From Podarcis bocagei (Eukaryota), in the NCBI GenBank assembly GCA_964188305.1, contig OZ076898.1: 64,000 nt of DNA; one strand, given 5' to 3'. The stretch's first letter is position 1. Each line of letters begins with the position of its first letter. Both the position numbers and the translations under genes were made by a program. A model generated the notes under the pieces. It had not been told where the DNA came from, did not search any database, and saw nothing but the letters and a program-made list of their open reading frames with translations. Shown one piece after another: positions 26,644 through 40,387 of this stretch.

Positions 26644-28009
26644 CTTTAGAGTGTACTGGACCCGACAATTCCTCTTCCAGAAAAGGATGTCAAGGACAGG
26701 AAAGTATTGTTCAGAGGCAACCAACCACATAAAGGTGGTTTTGGACCCCCCACCCAAGTTTCAAAGATGTCAACAACTTGTTGAATAGGGTACCAACCCT
26801 TTGGAATGCTGACTGCCTATTGCTGGCCTTCATGGTGGCTAAACACTTAGCACTTCAACAAGGAAGGGAAGATACTCTTCCCCTAAGCAAACAATGGACG
26901 GAAGGCATGACCCAACCCAGCTACTTGTGAGAAAGTTACCTTCCCCAAGTGGGAAAAGAATAGAATATTTTCGGAGATATGGGGCCCCTGCACAGTCTTG
27001 TTTGCTTAAGCAATGGGCAGCAGACAAGTTTGGACCAATAGTCAAATCCCACTTCGTGCTCCTCTATCCACAATTGTTTGTTGCAAAAAGAATTATTTCC
27101 TTAATCGTTGTTTACTGCATTTGCACATGTATGTGTTTGTCTCTTGTGGTTTGTCTCTTTTCTTTTTGTACACGAAATATTCAAAATCTAATGAATGAAA
27201 CCCTGTAAATTAAAAAAGGCGCCTTTTGTACATAAATGACAAGCTGTATTGTGGCCAGGCTGTCCTATTTGAGTCCCACCAAAATGAACGAGAGCTGTTT
27301 GTTTGTTCCAATGGAGTTTTTGCACGGGAGAACTTCCCAGAGGACTGTGTGTTTGCCCAAAGGTTCTGTAACATTCAGAGAGGAGTAGCTGTGGGGAGTA
27401 GCTGTGAGTTTATAACAGAGTGTCCGAACATCGCAGAGTCCAAGGTTACCATGTGGCTCACTGTTCTTCATCTTAAGCAAGGTTATGAAAACACAGAGGC
27501 TGAGGACGCTGAGGTTTTAGAAACCAGAGGAGGAAACAGGGAGGGAAACAGCCCCATTGCTGGAGAAAAGAGCTTTTTTTCTGTCCCATGCATGGTTCTC
27601 AGTCCTTTGCCTCCTTCCCGCTACAACTAATACCCCAGCTCAATGCTTCCCTTCTTCCTTAGCCTAAGCTGTCACAACAGCCTGGGTTCTGCAATAAACA
27701 AGCAAACAGTGCCTCATAGATTTGCAGTAAGAAGTGATGTTTGGTTTTGGCTAGGCAGGCATTAAGTTATATTTAGAGCTTTGGGTACTCTACACTAAAA
27801 AAAGAAAAGAAAAATCTCTGCCTAGGAAATCCCAATTCTGCAGCAAGAAAAGCTAGGTTCTGCAACCTGCGTTATTTTGCAAATCAGAACTATTTCCATA
27901 ATCTCTTATTTTGCACGCTTCGATCCAGATTGCCTGGAGAAGGGCCAGGAGCTATGAATAAACCTAGCCTGAACCCAGAAAATAAAAACTGCAGACCAGT
28001 TGCCAACAT

Positions 28010-28370
28010 CCCCTTTCTGGGCACGGTGCTGGAGCAAGATTGTCACCGGCCAGCTCCAGGTACTCTTGGATGAAACTGACTTTCTAGATCCATTTCAACT
28101 GGGCTTCAGGCCTGGTTTTGGAATGGAAACTGCCTCGGTTGCCCTGGGGGATGACCTTTGCTGAGAGGAGGAGGACAGTGATCATATTGATTTCTCCTGT
28201 ATCTCTTAGAGCCTTTTTGTACTACATGGTATCCAACTGGTTAGGCTGTCTGGGCTGGGGGTTGGAGCGACCTCAGTGATTCTGCTCCTATTGGATGGCT
28301 GATTCCAGAATGTGGTGCTGGCAAGGTCAGCACTCTGCCCCTTTGCAGCTAGGCAATTGGGTTCCCTATA
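28010..28370 (+). mobile_element. Decayed L2-type RT fragment
   Basis: Translates as LDPFQLGFRPGFGMETASVALGDD, the typical QxGFRxxxxTETA motif. Confidence 0.55.
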
Positions 28371-28519
28371 TATTCCCTATTTCATGGGTGACCAAAACAG
28401 TGCCCAGGATCCCCTGAAGTCTTCCCCTGGCATTCACAAAGCCATTGAGGCCTCCCTCCCATCGCGTCCTTGGCCGCCGTGATCAGAGATAGTTACTTTT
28501 CCCCCTCCCTTGAGAAGTA

Positions 28520-29352
28520 CAGTGGTACCTTGGGTTAAGTACTTACCGTATTTTTTGCACCATAACACTCACCTTTTTCCTCCTAGAAAGTAAGGGGAAA
28601 TGTCTGTGCGTGTTATAGAGGGAATGCCTATGGGTGGCAGGGGGGGATCTGCTGCAGTCGTGAGCAGAGGATCCATGGTTCCCCTTCCTTCCCTCCTCCG
28701 TGGCTCGCTTTGAAACAGCAAAGCGGGAGAAGAGCTGCTGAGTGGGGAGGAGAGAGGGACAGAGAGCCTGGTTACAAAGCACAGATCCACATGGATCCTC
28801 AGGATTTTTGCATTAGGTCACCCCAAATTCACCATCAGATCACATAGCATGTCCATGGCTACAGCTTGCACCAAAAAAATCACGCACCCACTGTCGCTTG
28901 GGGCCGCAGTGGTGCAAAAACGTGGTTACAAAGCGTGGATCCACATGGATCCTCAGGATTTTTGCATTGGGCTACCCCAAACTCACCGTCAGATCACATG
29001 TCTGTGGCCACAGAATGAACCACAAAAATCATACATCCACTGTTTCATTTAGAATATTTTTTTTTCTTGTTTTCCTCCTCTAAAAACTATGTGCGTGTTA
29101 TGGTCGGATGCGTGTTATGGAGCGAAAAATACGGTAATTCGTTCCAGAGGTCCGTTCTTAAGCTGAAACAGTTCTTAACCTGAAGCACCACTTTAGCTAA
29201 TGGGGCCTCCTGCTGCCGCCGCACCACCGGAGCACGATTTCTGTTCTCATCCTGAAGCAAAGTTCTTAACCTGAGGTAATATTTTTGGGTTAGCAGAGTC
29301 TGTAACCTGAAGTGTATGTAACCTGAAGTGTATGTAACCCAAGGTACCACTG
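28520..29352. mobile_element. Tc1/mariner-type MITE (CAGTGGTACC TIRs, TA TSD) interrupted by a second MITE (28546-29134, CCGTATTTTT TIRs)
   Basis: The inner element sits at the TA of acttaattcg and duplicates it. Other outer-family copies: 22704-22918, 22945-23186, 37333-37574, 43551-43769, 56783-57016. Other inner-family copy: 10460-10709. Confidence 0.8.
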
Positions 29353-32300
29353 TACACAGAATAGGAGGAGGAAGTTGGAAGAATGACATTCATGCCTACT
29401 TCTTTCAACTCTATGTCCTTTTTGCAGCTAAGCTTAATTCTGCTCTGTCAGCTCCTTGGGAAAGTGAGGTCTGTGCATAAGCACTTTCTTTGGGGATGGG
29501 GGACTGATCCAGAGGAGGAGGAGCGGGGAGAAAAGCAACCAGAAAGGGTGGCGGCACCCACACACAGCGTTTACTCAAAAATCAAAATGTGCCCATAGCC
29601 TAGGTTGGCGACCTCTGCCCTATGCTGTTTAACATCTGTATGAAACCACGGACGGATGCTATCTGGAGGTATGTGCCATTCTGGAGATGCAGGTAGCCTG
29701 CAGCTCTACCTCTCCTTTTCATGAAATCAAAGTGAGGCATTGTGTAATCTGAATCAATGCCTGGGCACTGTAATGAACTGGGTAAACTTGACACTGAATT
29801 TAGACAAGAAAAAAGTACTATTACTGGGTAGCTTGTCTACCCCACTGAGCAGAATTTAGCCTCTATTTTTGCAGGGGAGGGGGAGGGGCTTGGGCCCCCA
29901 GGGAGATTTATGGACAACTGTAGGTTTAAGCTGAGTTCTTCCTAGTCCTGGATCAAAACCACTACGCAACACATATTATACATTTAAAGCAGTACCACGC
30001 CACTTTAAACAGCCTCACGCCCGCTGGCGGAAGCCCACAAGCTGCTTCAAACAGCACTTTTAAGAAGTGCTTTAATCCCTGCTCATCACCTGATGACAAC
30101 ACTCAAGGAGAGGGTCGAGCAAGGTCAGGGAGGGGTGTGGCCTAGGAAGAGTCCCAAGGGCCGGCCAGAGAGCATGTGAGGGCCGCATTCAGGTCATGGG
30201 CCTACCCCTCGCCTTAGCACAAGTACTTCTGTGTGTGTATTTGCTTGTGTTGCTCTGCAAAGTGTCACATCTAGTGCTGGTGGACCAACAGCCATATAAA
30301 GCGCTTCTCCCTCTAGCTTTCTCTCTGTGGGATCAACAGCTATGCATATCTTTGAACGTCCCCCTCCCAAAAGCAGCCCCAGATGGTGTCTCAGGTTGCT
30401 TTGAATGGCGCAAATGTTTGCAAGAGGCTCCGCTTCTCTCTCTTTAATGCGGTAGGCAGATGGACACCAGGCTGCGGCAAGGGGGGGCGGGGGGGGAGCG
30501 CACGAGGGAAGGGACTCAGAAACTGACTAAACCTCTTCCCAGCATGAGATGCACTTCCTCCCTATAAGGCACAGCTGAAGGGCCGGATCTGGACCTCCTC
30601 AGGAAGTTTGTACTAGAAGAATAACTTTTCCTGCCTTTGGAATCCGAACAGGTGTTTTGGCTTGGGGACAGGGAGAATAAAATAGGAATGCAAAGCCAGG
30701 AAGGAAGGAAAGAAGGAATGACTCCCTTAATAAAGCAGGCTGTAGGGCTGCCCAGCGCCAGTTAGGCAGGGCTTAATTTAGGCTCTTTTCATTTCATTGT
30801 GTGAAACGTTCCCCTTGCACAGGCGGCTCACAAGCACTGCCTTGTTGGCCAAAAGTCACGTCTACATTCCTTGGCTCATCAGAGCACCAGACCTCAGGCC
30901 AGAACCTCCAAAAGAGGGGAGAGAATGGCTCTGAGCATGTACAAAGCGAATGTCCGGAATTTCTCAGAGTGGTTGAACAATCCATCCCTCTTCCCAAGGA
31001 ATTCTGGGGATTCCAACAACTCCCAGCACCCTTAACTAACTACACTTCCCATGAAGCTTTGGGGAAAACCATATCTGCTTAAAGTGGTATGATAGCTCTT
31101 TATAGTGCAGATGGGGTCCACATTGGAGAAGGTCAGTCTTAGGCAGCTCTGCAAGTTCACAGAGTCATAGATTTGTAGAGCTGGAAGGGACCTTGAGGGT
31201 CATGTAGTCCAACCCCCTTGAAATACAGGAATCTCAATGCGCGCTCTCCTATCCAATTTGAAACCATACTGGACCCTGCTTAGCTTTACAAATGTGCTAG
31301 CAGTTTTATTGCTGTCCCACTAGGAGGATCCTATTAGCACCACGGCAGCAAGACCAAAATGACGCCAGCAAAGACTGCAGCACAGAATGAACTAAGATTC
31401 TGAAGAAAGGTTTCCAGCCTCCCCCAGTTGCTGTGGTGGATCCAGTTGCCAAACTGGGCAGACTCCTTCCCCCCTCCCACCCCGCGAATAGCCCTCTGGC
31501 ACCAGAAGATTATTTGCTTTCTTGGTCCATTAACCTCCAGTGATTAAAACGCGTCCTGCCAGGCCCTAATCTCAAAAGTCCCAATGAGCTGCTTTGCTGT
31601 CCAAGTGGAATTAATTTGCTTACGAAATTTTTTGTGGGGAGGGGGTGGAATTTGCACCTTCCTTGCTAAAAGCTCCTTCTCATCCCCATCTGCATCCCTC
31701 CTCTGGGGCAGCCTGGTCAGGGTACCAAAAAACCCGAGCAAAAAGATTATCAATAAATAGCTGAACAACAGATGGGCAGCCAACTGCATCTCTAGCCAGG
31801 CAGGTGGAAAGCAGGAAAGGAATTGCAGCATTGCACCAGCCATTGCCTCCTCCCCACATCCCACTGCAGCCTCTCAGATCCGCCGGGGGGAACTTTCCCC
31901 CCTTGGCAGAATGTATCCCATGCCAAAGGCTCATTTGAAAATTGATTGAGGGCTCAGCCAGAGACTGGAGGAGCTGCATTCATGTTAGATACCCGAAACA
32001 CTTTTTTTAGGCACCTGCAAATTCTCTCTGAAGTGCAGCCTCTGTCCGTTCTAGCTTTCTCCAATTTGGGACTCTCCAGATGTTTTGGGCTATAGCTACC
32101 GCTGATGGAAGCTTGAAGTCCAAAACATCTGGAGGGCATTGGATTGGGGTCAGATGGTGCGTTCTCTCCCCCCCCCCCCGAGTCCCCTGCCCTAGAGAGC
32201 TGCATCCTTTGGCAGTGGACACGTGGTCTGTGTTTCCTCTGCAACAGATGAAGGGGGTGGGTGTGATTTCTGCACCAGGACTTCTTCAGCTGTCACTTAG

Positions 32301-33043
32301 AGGCAGATGTAACCTGCGTCAGTCAGGCAGTGTGGTGACGACAATGTAAAAGGAAGCATTTTTGTTTTATTTTTGGCCATTTGTTTAATTAGTTCTATCC
32401 GTGCATTACACCTGAATAATGGAGGTACACAGACAAGTGCTCATGGAGGGAGGGGGGACTGCCCATAAATGGGCAACACTTTCCCCCCTCCAGTACTTGA
32501 CAAAGATGGCCTTTGTGTGCGCCTCTCAAAAGGATCCTGAACTACCTTATCTAGAACACCTTTCTGTTCCCGTGCCCTACTGTGCAACTGAATTAGCAAC
32601 GTAAGTTTAAGTGCATACTTCTTCTCTGTTTACCTTGCCTTCATTTCCCTTCTACTGCCCTGTTGTTTTCCTCCGTGTCAAATTTTAGATTGTACGTTCC
32701 TTAGGGCATAGACATGTCCTCTTACACTCTCTAAAAACGCAGGATGAAACTTGGAGACCAGAGTTCAAAGCCCAATTCTGTTCAAGTCTCACTGGGTGAC
32801 CTCAAGGGAGGGTGCCATCTTTCAGCCTCAGTTTTCCTATCTGTGAAATGGAATGACTAAGAGCTCATTGTACACCTCAAAGATGGGGAGGGGAAGGGGA
32901 GCCTTTGCAATACACTTGCTCTATGCTTCACTGTAGCTTGGATCACATAGGCCAATGAGTTGGCGTTCCCGATCTTTTCTCACCCCTTTCAGGTTGGTCA
33001 AATTTGTACCCAAGCCACCGTCCACAGCACTCAGGCCACAGAA

Positions 33044-33394
33044 AAAGGTAAAGGGACCCCTGACCATTAGGTCCAGTTGTGGCTGACTCTGGGGTTGCAG
33101 AGCTCATCACGCTTTATTGACCGAGGGAGCCGGCGTACAGCTTCCGGGTCATGTGGCCAGCATGACTAAGCCACTTCTGGCGAACCAGAGCAGCGCACGG
33201 AAATGCCGTTTACCTTCCCGCCAGAGTGGTACCTATTTATCTACTTGCACTTTGACATGTTTTCGAACTTCTAGGTTGTCAGGAGCAGGGACCGAGCAAC
33301 GGGAGCTCACCCTGTCGCGGGGATTCGAACCACCAACCTTCTGATCGGCAAGCCCTAGGCTCTGGGGTTTAACCCACAGCGCCACCTGTATCCC
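33044..33394 (-). mobile_element. Sauria SINE
   Basis: Reverse complement of the 34387-34745 copy. Confidence 0.8.
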
Positions 33395-34386
33395 ACATAC
33401 AGAGTCCCACTCAGGCCACATACAGAGGGAATTAACCCACTCCATCATCACAACAACACTGTTAAAGCTAGCGGGAAGCTATCCCAAGGTCGACTAGTGG
33501 GCTGCGTAGCCAAACAGAGATTTTATTTCCCTAGCCATGCCCTTGCCCCATACCAGGTCTCAGGATTCCATGAGTTTAGCTGCCAAGGTAACAGAGCTTT
33601 AGCACTTCTTGCTGTGCCTTTCCAGATCTTCCCCTGGCCTCCAACACCCTACCCTTGTGCACTTGCAAAAAATAACATATTCTATCACCGCCATGGGCCC
33701 ATCCCAGGGAGTGAACCACAATCCACATGCACCCAAAACCCCGGGTGATTTTTTTCTTTAGAAAGGCCACTGGAGGAATGGTAAGCCTGTTCCGTCAACT
33801 GCACTCTGTGCATGAGATCCATTTAGCCTTTTCAAAACACGCTCCCGACTGCAGGGCAAGCGAATTCCTTCTCCTTCAAGGTGCATGAGAAAGGCCTAAC
33901 AAGCTGAGGGGTGGCAGAGGGGCTGGAACGCAGCCCACACACCCTGTATTAATAGCACTGGAGCAATCAGTGCTTAAAATAGGCTGCGAGGAGCAAGGAG
34001 GCGGGTCTCGGGTGACAGCAACCTATTCTGGAGATGAACAACCGTGACGCAAAAACATTTAAAAGGCCGCTTTTAGAAACACGCACCTACCAAGGGCACC
34101 TACATCAGAACCCCGCAGTAAACGCCCACACTGAGGTTCATGCCCTATAGATGGGGGAAATAAAGGGGGGAGCAGGGGGGAGTCAGTAATATCAAGATGG
34201 GACACCTGGAGCAGAGTCACACCTCGAGGTTTTTGGCACATGGTGTTTGCTACGGCTCAGCCCTACCACCGCCATGCAGGAAAGTCTCCAGTGCAAAGGA
34301 TTCTGGGAGGGACCTGAGCCTCAGCAGCAGAGGAGGTGTTTTGCAGGCAGAAGCCACCAGGTTTGACCCTCGGTTAAAAGGGTCAA

Positions 34387-34745
34387 GGGATGTGGGTGGC
34401 GCTGTGGGTTAAACCACAGAGCCTAGGACTTGCCGATCAGAAGGTCGGCGGTTTCAATCCCCGCGATGGGGTGAGCTCCCGCTGCTCGGTCCCTGCTCCT
34501 GCCAACCTAGAAGTTCGAAAGCACGTCAATGTGCAAGTAGATAAATAGGTACCGCTCCGCGGTGGGAAGGTAAACGGCATTTCCGTGTGCTGCTCTGGTT
34601 CGCCAGAAGCGGCTTAGTCATGCTGGCCACATGACCCGGAAGCTGTACGCCGGCTCCCTCAGCCAATAAAGCAAGATGAGCACCACAACCCCAGAGTCAG
34701 CCATGACTGGACCTAATGGTCAGGGGTCCCTTTACCTTTACCTTT
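34387..34745 (+). mobile_element. Sauria SINE, full length
   Basis: tRNA-like head (ggtggcgctgtgggttaaacc...ggtttcaatccc), conserved body and (tttacc)n tail; 4 similar copies in the window. Confidence 0.8.
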
Positions 34746-37700
34746 AAAAGGATTAAGAGAGCGGGTGACAAGAACGGCTCTTCGCCTAGTTTCCTAAGAG
34801 AGCTGCTGCCCGTCAAGAGCAGACAACACCAACATAGCTCAGTTGGTACTATTTCTGAGACGCTTCATCTCAGGGTTGCGGGTTCAAGTCCCACGTTGGG
34901 CAAAAGATTTCTGCATTGCGGAGGGTTGGAATGGATGGCCCTTGTCCCTTCCAACTCTACGATTCCATGAACATTGGGACACATGAGACAACTAGCCAGT
35001 CCTGGGAATAAGGTCACTTTCGAAGTTGATTTCACGGGCTGGGGATGATGCTCTGCACACGCTGCCAAACAGCTGCTGCCAGTCAAAGTAAGCAGCAGAT
35101 CTCTGGTGACTGGTCAGAGGCAAAAGAAAGCTAGGTTATTGCATCTTTAATAGTCAACATGCACCACCTGCTGAAATTCCCTATTCCATGCAAATATTAA
35201 AGGCACAGGAGCCCCCATGTACCCAATTCTTTCTTTTTAAAAATCTGGCTGCCCTAAGCAGATGCAGAACCCCAAACTCCACCCAAGTGCAGCAGAGTTT
35301 TGAGTGCCAGTGTTGCAAAATTCATTTTGAAATAGTAATTTGAGTGACACTCAAGAAACAGCTCACACTGCGAATGCATGAAATCTGACAAGATCACTAG
35401 TTTAAATGATACCGTGAAGCAGGGATCTCTGCTTGAGACCTGGGAAAGTCACTACCAGTCAGAGTACACGGCTGGTAGTTAGACAGACCGGTGACAGCTT
35501 TGTATGGCTCTATTCAAACTTAAATATTGTCAATGCATTTTTAGGTAGTAAGTATTAGGGTGGCCAGCTGCAAAAGGAGAACAGGACTCCTGCACCTTTA
35601 AGAGTTGTGCAGAAGAGGAAATTTTAGCCAGTGTACGCAACTGTTAAAGTAGTAGGAACCCTGTCCCCCTGATGCAGTGGTGTCCAAACTTTTTTCAAAG
35701 AGGGCCAGATTTGATGAAGTGAAGGGCCGTGGGGCCGCCCAAATTTGTTGGCCTTTTCTTAGGATTGAAGTTGTTGACCTTTTTTTACAATTTTAGCCCA
35801 AAAGTTGTTGAGCTTCTTTTTGGGATTGAAGCTGTTTTTAGGATTTTACCCCAGGACATATACTGCCATGGGGGCTGGATTAAATTGACCAGCAGGCCAA
35901 GGATTAGGTCCCCGAAACGGACTTTGGACATGCCTGCCCTTATGCATTCGGCCACCCTTGTAACTGCAGTGCTATTTTTCTAGAAAAAGAGGTGCTGAAA
36001 CTCACCATCCCTTGTTCTCTTATAATGGCAATGGTGCCCACCTGAGAGGTGCCGGAACTGAGTTCTGGCTGGGGGGCAGGGGGAGCCCTGCTTACCTTAG
36101 GCAATTTCAATATTTTGCACAAATTATTTTTTTCTTCCCTGCCACAAGACTTCTCAAAAGCATAATTGTAAATGCTGCAATGCATACATCTTCGATTAGA
36201 ACATATATACTTATTTTCTTCCCCTTCCTGCCCACCCCCCACATAAAAAGTCTGGATAAAGAAAATTTGCTCGAGAGCATTCTCAACCTCACCCCCCATT
36301 TATTTCAGTTTCAAGACTGGGCTACATGAACTATCACCAACAGTTTCTTTCTATGCTGCTTTTTGGTCTAGGCCCCCAAAGTGTTGAGCAAGAAAATACA
36401 ACACACTACGTAGAACCATCCGACTCAGTAGATAGCTATAACATTAGACTTGTTCACACAACAGCATCTCATCGTTGAGGATTAAAGACACAGACCTTAT
36501 GGGTTCCCTTCCATAGGCATGCAGACTACTAGGGGGAGATGGGGTGCAGCCAGGATCCCACCTCCCAAAAAACTCATTCTCAGAACCCATTTTCAGAGCC
36601 AAAACCCAATCCTGGAACATGTGAAAAAATAACGTCATGTGAGTCCTGCAACAAAACATTATGGGGTAACGTTCTCCTGACCTTCAAGCCAGCTATGTCC
36701 TCCTCCCCTTTTTCCCTTAAAAAAGGCTTAGCTGCTTTGGGGTCTCACCACCACTCAAGAGTTTTTCTCCCTAAATATTTTGTATGCACTTCTGCATAAC
36801 TTGAGGTCCCCACACCACAAGCCTGCTGGCACTTCCCCCTTGGGCATGAGTTTTGGCTACGTGAGGACTGGCACCACAATATAACATGGAGCGCTTTTGC
36901 CCCATCCCAAGATGAGAGGTGCTGGGACTCAAGTGTGCCTGAAAGTCACACGCTGCTTGACTTGAAAGTTCTCCCACCAATCTCAGGTGCATGTAGGCTG
37001 GCCAACTATAGTTACTTTTGTGCTGAGAGAGGCGCCTTCTCAGGGCTGGCATTAGGGCAGAGCCCATAATTGACAACTGCATTGGGGATCCCTTTAGGAG
37101 GGGGGAAAGTCCAACCCAGAACTCTAAGCAGTGCCAGCGGCTGCAACAAGATTCCTTTCAAATTTCCCACAATGCCCAGGAGCAATGCTGAATTAAGAAA
37201 TGCTCTCCCCAGAGAAGTTTGCCTGGTGCCTTCATTACAAAACATTTGTAAGTGAAAACATTTCTCTATAACCAGGCTTTAAATGTGTTTGTGGAAGAGG
37301 GATTGGTGTTATTAATTAATTAAATTTGTATACAGTGGTACCTCGGGTTAAGAACTTAATTCGTTCTGGAGGTCCGTTCTTAACCTGAAACTGTTCTTAA
37401 TCTGAGGTACCACTTTAGCTAATGGGGCTTCCCACTGCCGCTGCATCACCACCGCACAATTTCTGTTCTCATCCTGAGGTAAAGTTCTCAACCTGAGGTA
37501 CTATTTCTGGGTTTGCAGAGTCTGTAACCTGAAGGGTCTGTAACCTGAAGTGTCTGTAACCCGAGGTACCACTGTACTGCCCTGCATCCGTAGGGCAGTT
37601 CACAACGCAAAGTACATAATAAAAATAAGAACAAAAACAAATCCCACAACTCATTTAAAAGGGCATTGGATGTCAATCAGCCAAAGGCATGGTAGAAGAA

Positions 37701-39769
37701 TGTTTTCGCCTGGTGCCTAAAGGTATATAATGAAGGCAACAGCCAAACCTCCCTGGGGAGAGCATTCCACAAACTGGGAGCCACTGCAGAAAAGGCCCAT
37801 TCTAGGGTTGCCACTCTCCAGGCTTCTCGTGGAGGTTATTGGTTTGTTTTCGTTTTGCTATTTATGTTCTCATTTTGTACTTCCATGCTGTGAACTACAA
37901 TGTGGTCTTCGGATGAAGGGCGGCATACAAATTTAATAAATAAAAAATAAAACTATAACTAGATTCAACTGTTCATAACCCTGCGAATGCAGCCGGCAGG
38001 TGAGCGCTGTCTTCGTCCAGCATTCCCAGCAACAGGCATTCAGAGAACGTAGCCACCATGAGCAGCCGCTCAAATTCAGCCATCTCAAATTAATCTTTTC
38101 ATATGGAGCGGCCCAACTGGCTATTAAAAAAACAACAATCCACGTGGCATCTGTGGCCCTACCGCCCTTAATCTTCCTACCCTTCGCCTTCTCTAACGCC
38201 CAAGGAAGTTGCCATTTCCAGAGGGCCCCCAAATATTTCCGTCACGGAAGCAGCAGCACAAGGAAGGTCACGTCACAGCCGAACAAGTGACCACGTGATT
38301 CTGTTTCCTTGGATCCTCCAGGCCAAGGAATGGCCTTGGCCATTTGGATTCTGGTAAACAAGACATAAATAACCCAAGGGAACCCGAGAACCCCTTCACA
38401 GCAGGCGATGATGGAGGGGTGGGGGAGATGACAGCAACATCCTTCCAAGGACACATGCACTGACAGGCTTATTGGCTCTCCCCTCGCCCCGCCCCGTGCG
38501 ACATGAGGCTTGGCTCATTTGCAGGAGCGATCAGCAACTATCTGCTGTGTGTGTGTACCTTTCTGCTTGCTCCAGTTCAAGGATCTCAGCCTGGTGAAGG
38601 AACTCAGCCGGGGAAGGGAGTGAAAGAGCTGGCGCCGCTTGTAGCTACATATGCGCCATGAACTTAAAGCATATTCCCTCCCTGCTTCCAAAGAATCCTA
38701 GGAACTGTAATTACCCTTCAAAAAGAGTTGCCATTCGCGGCACCCTTGACAAGCTTCCATTTCCCAGGTTTCTTCTTCTGTTTTGGACAGGCGGAGAGGG
38801 CTTTAAATGTGCTTTGAATATACGGCATGTGCACAGCCAATAGTAGAGAACAACCGGGCTCAACTGACAAGCGGGAGCTTCGCTGACATGCAAATGTTGC
38901 GGCCAATGTGACACAGTGATCTGGCCAGCCTTGGTTTGCAACAGGGACTGGGCCAGGCACAGGCAAACTTGGCCCTCCAGATGTTTTGGGACTACAACTC
39001 CCATCATCCCTGACCACTGGTCCTGTTAGCTAGGGATGATGGGAGTTGTAGTCCCAAAACATCTGGAGGGCCAAGTTTGCCTATGCCTGGACTGGACCTT
39101 TATGCCCGCTGTGGAAATGTCAGAGACACCTTCCTAGGATTTTCGTACGAACTTCAACCAGAACTAGGGGCGGGGGGTGGGAAGTTACTACTGCAGGCTC
39201 TTTAGGGAAAGGCCGTAGCTTAGAGGTAAGGCGTCTGCCTTGCATGCAGAAGGTCCCTGGTTCAAAGCCTGGCATCTCCAGGTAGGGCTGAGAGAGAATA
39301 CTGCCTGACACCTTAGAGAGCCGCTGCCAGACAGCGCAGAGCTGGGGTCTGACTCAGAATATGGCAGATTCCTATGTTCCAGTGGGAAGAGGCTCTGCTT
39401 AGAAATACTGATTAGGCTCCCCTTTTTCAGTCTTAGAAATTAGCCAGGCACCAGGAGCATTTTGCGACTGGCACAGGTTCAACTGCGACCACATGGGGAT
39501 CTCTGGAGGCCAGGTTGATGACTGACGTCTCAATCTGGCTAGCCCCTCCAGCTTTCTTAAGAGAGTAAGCAGAAGAGATTATTTATTGCATTTATATTTC
39601 ACCTTTTTCTCCATGGAGTACATAGTTTACCCCCCCCCCTCAGTTAATCCCTACAATGACCCTGTGAGGTAGGGTCAGGCAGTGACTGGTCCAAAGTCAC
39701 CCAGTGAGATTCATGACTGAGTGGGGATTTGAACCTTGTTCTCCCAGGTCCTCGCCTGACACTCTAACC

Positions 39770-39932
39770 CATGGCAACCTAAGGCCTGTGGGCCAGATCC
39801 GGCTCAATTGCCTTCTAAATCCGGCCCACGGATGGTCTGGAAATCAGCGCGTTTTTACATGAGTAGAATGTGTCCTTTTATTTAAAATGCATCTCTGGGT
39901 TATTTGTGGGGCATAGGAATTTGTTCATTCCC

Positions 39933-39981
<49 letters not shown>

Positions 39982-40260
39982 GGTTTTGGTGTCTTCGGGT
40001 GTCTTCCCGTGTAAGAGTTGGGGTGTCTAGGCGACGTTTCGACGAGGTCTCACTCGTCATCTTCAGGCTGGTGCTTTCGGCTTCTTGTTACTGGCTGGTG
40101 CTTTCGGCTTCTTGTTCCAGTAACAAGAAGCCGAAAGCACCAGCCTGAAGATGACGAGCGAGACCCCGTCGAAACGTCGCCTAGACACCCCAACTCTTAC
40201 ACGGGAAGACACCCGAAGACACCAAAACCTGCATTCCTGTACCCGTGAAAATCTACGAAA

Positions 40261-40321
<61 letters not shown>

Positions 40322-40387
40322 AGCCCCCCACAAGGTCTGAGGGACAGTGCTGCTGAGCCCCCTGCTGAAAATGTTTGCTGACCCCTG
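39770..40387. mobile_element. hAT MITE (TSD ctctaacc) inserted in a SINE and itself hosting the Penelope-like palindrome
   Basis: TSD at 39762-39769 and 40388-40395; 3' terminus gtttgctgacccctg. Confidence 0.7.
39977..40234. mobile_element. Penelope-like retroelement terminal fragment in inverted (palindromic) arrangement, with hammerhead-like motifs, inside an (AT)n tract
   Basis: 118-bp arms (39977-40094 / 40117-40234) with 2 mismatches; each arm carries CTGAAGA-stem-GAAACGTC; flanked by (AT)n. Confidence 0.65.

Noticed and set aside
26650-27215. Possible L1/Tx1 ORF2 3' remnant
   Set aside because: Too decayed to assign without a database search.
39977-40234. CRISPR-like or pre-miRNA interpretation of the palindromes
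   Set aside because: Eukaryotic context, no repeat-spacer array, and the structure is explained by retroelement termini.
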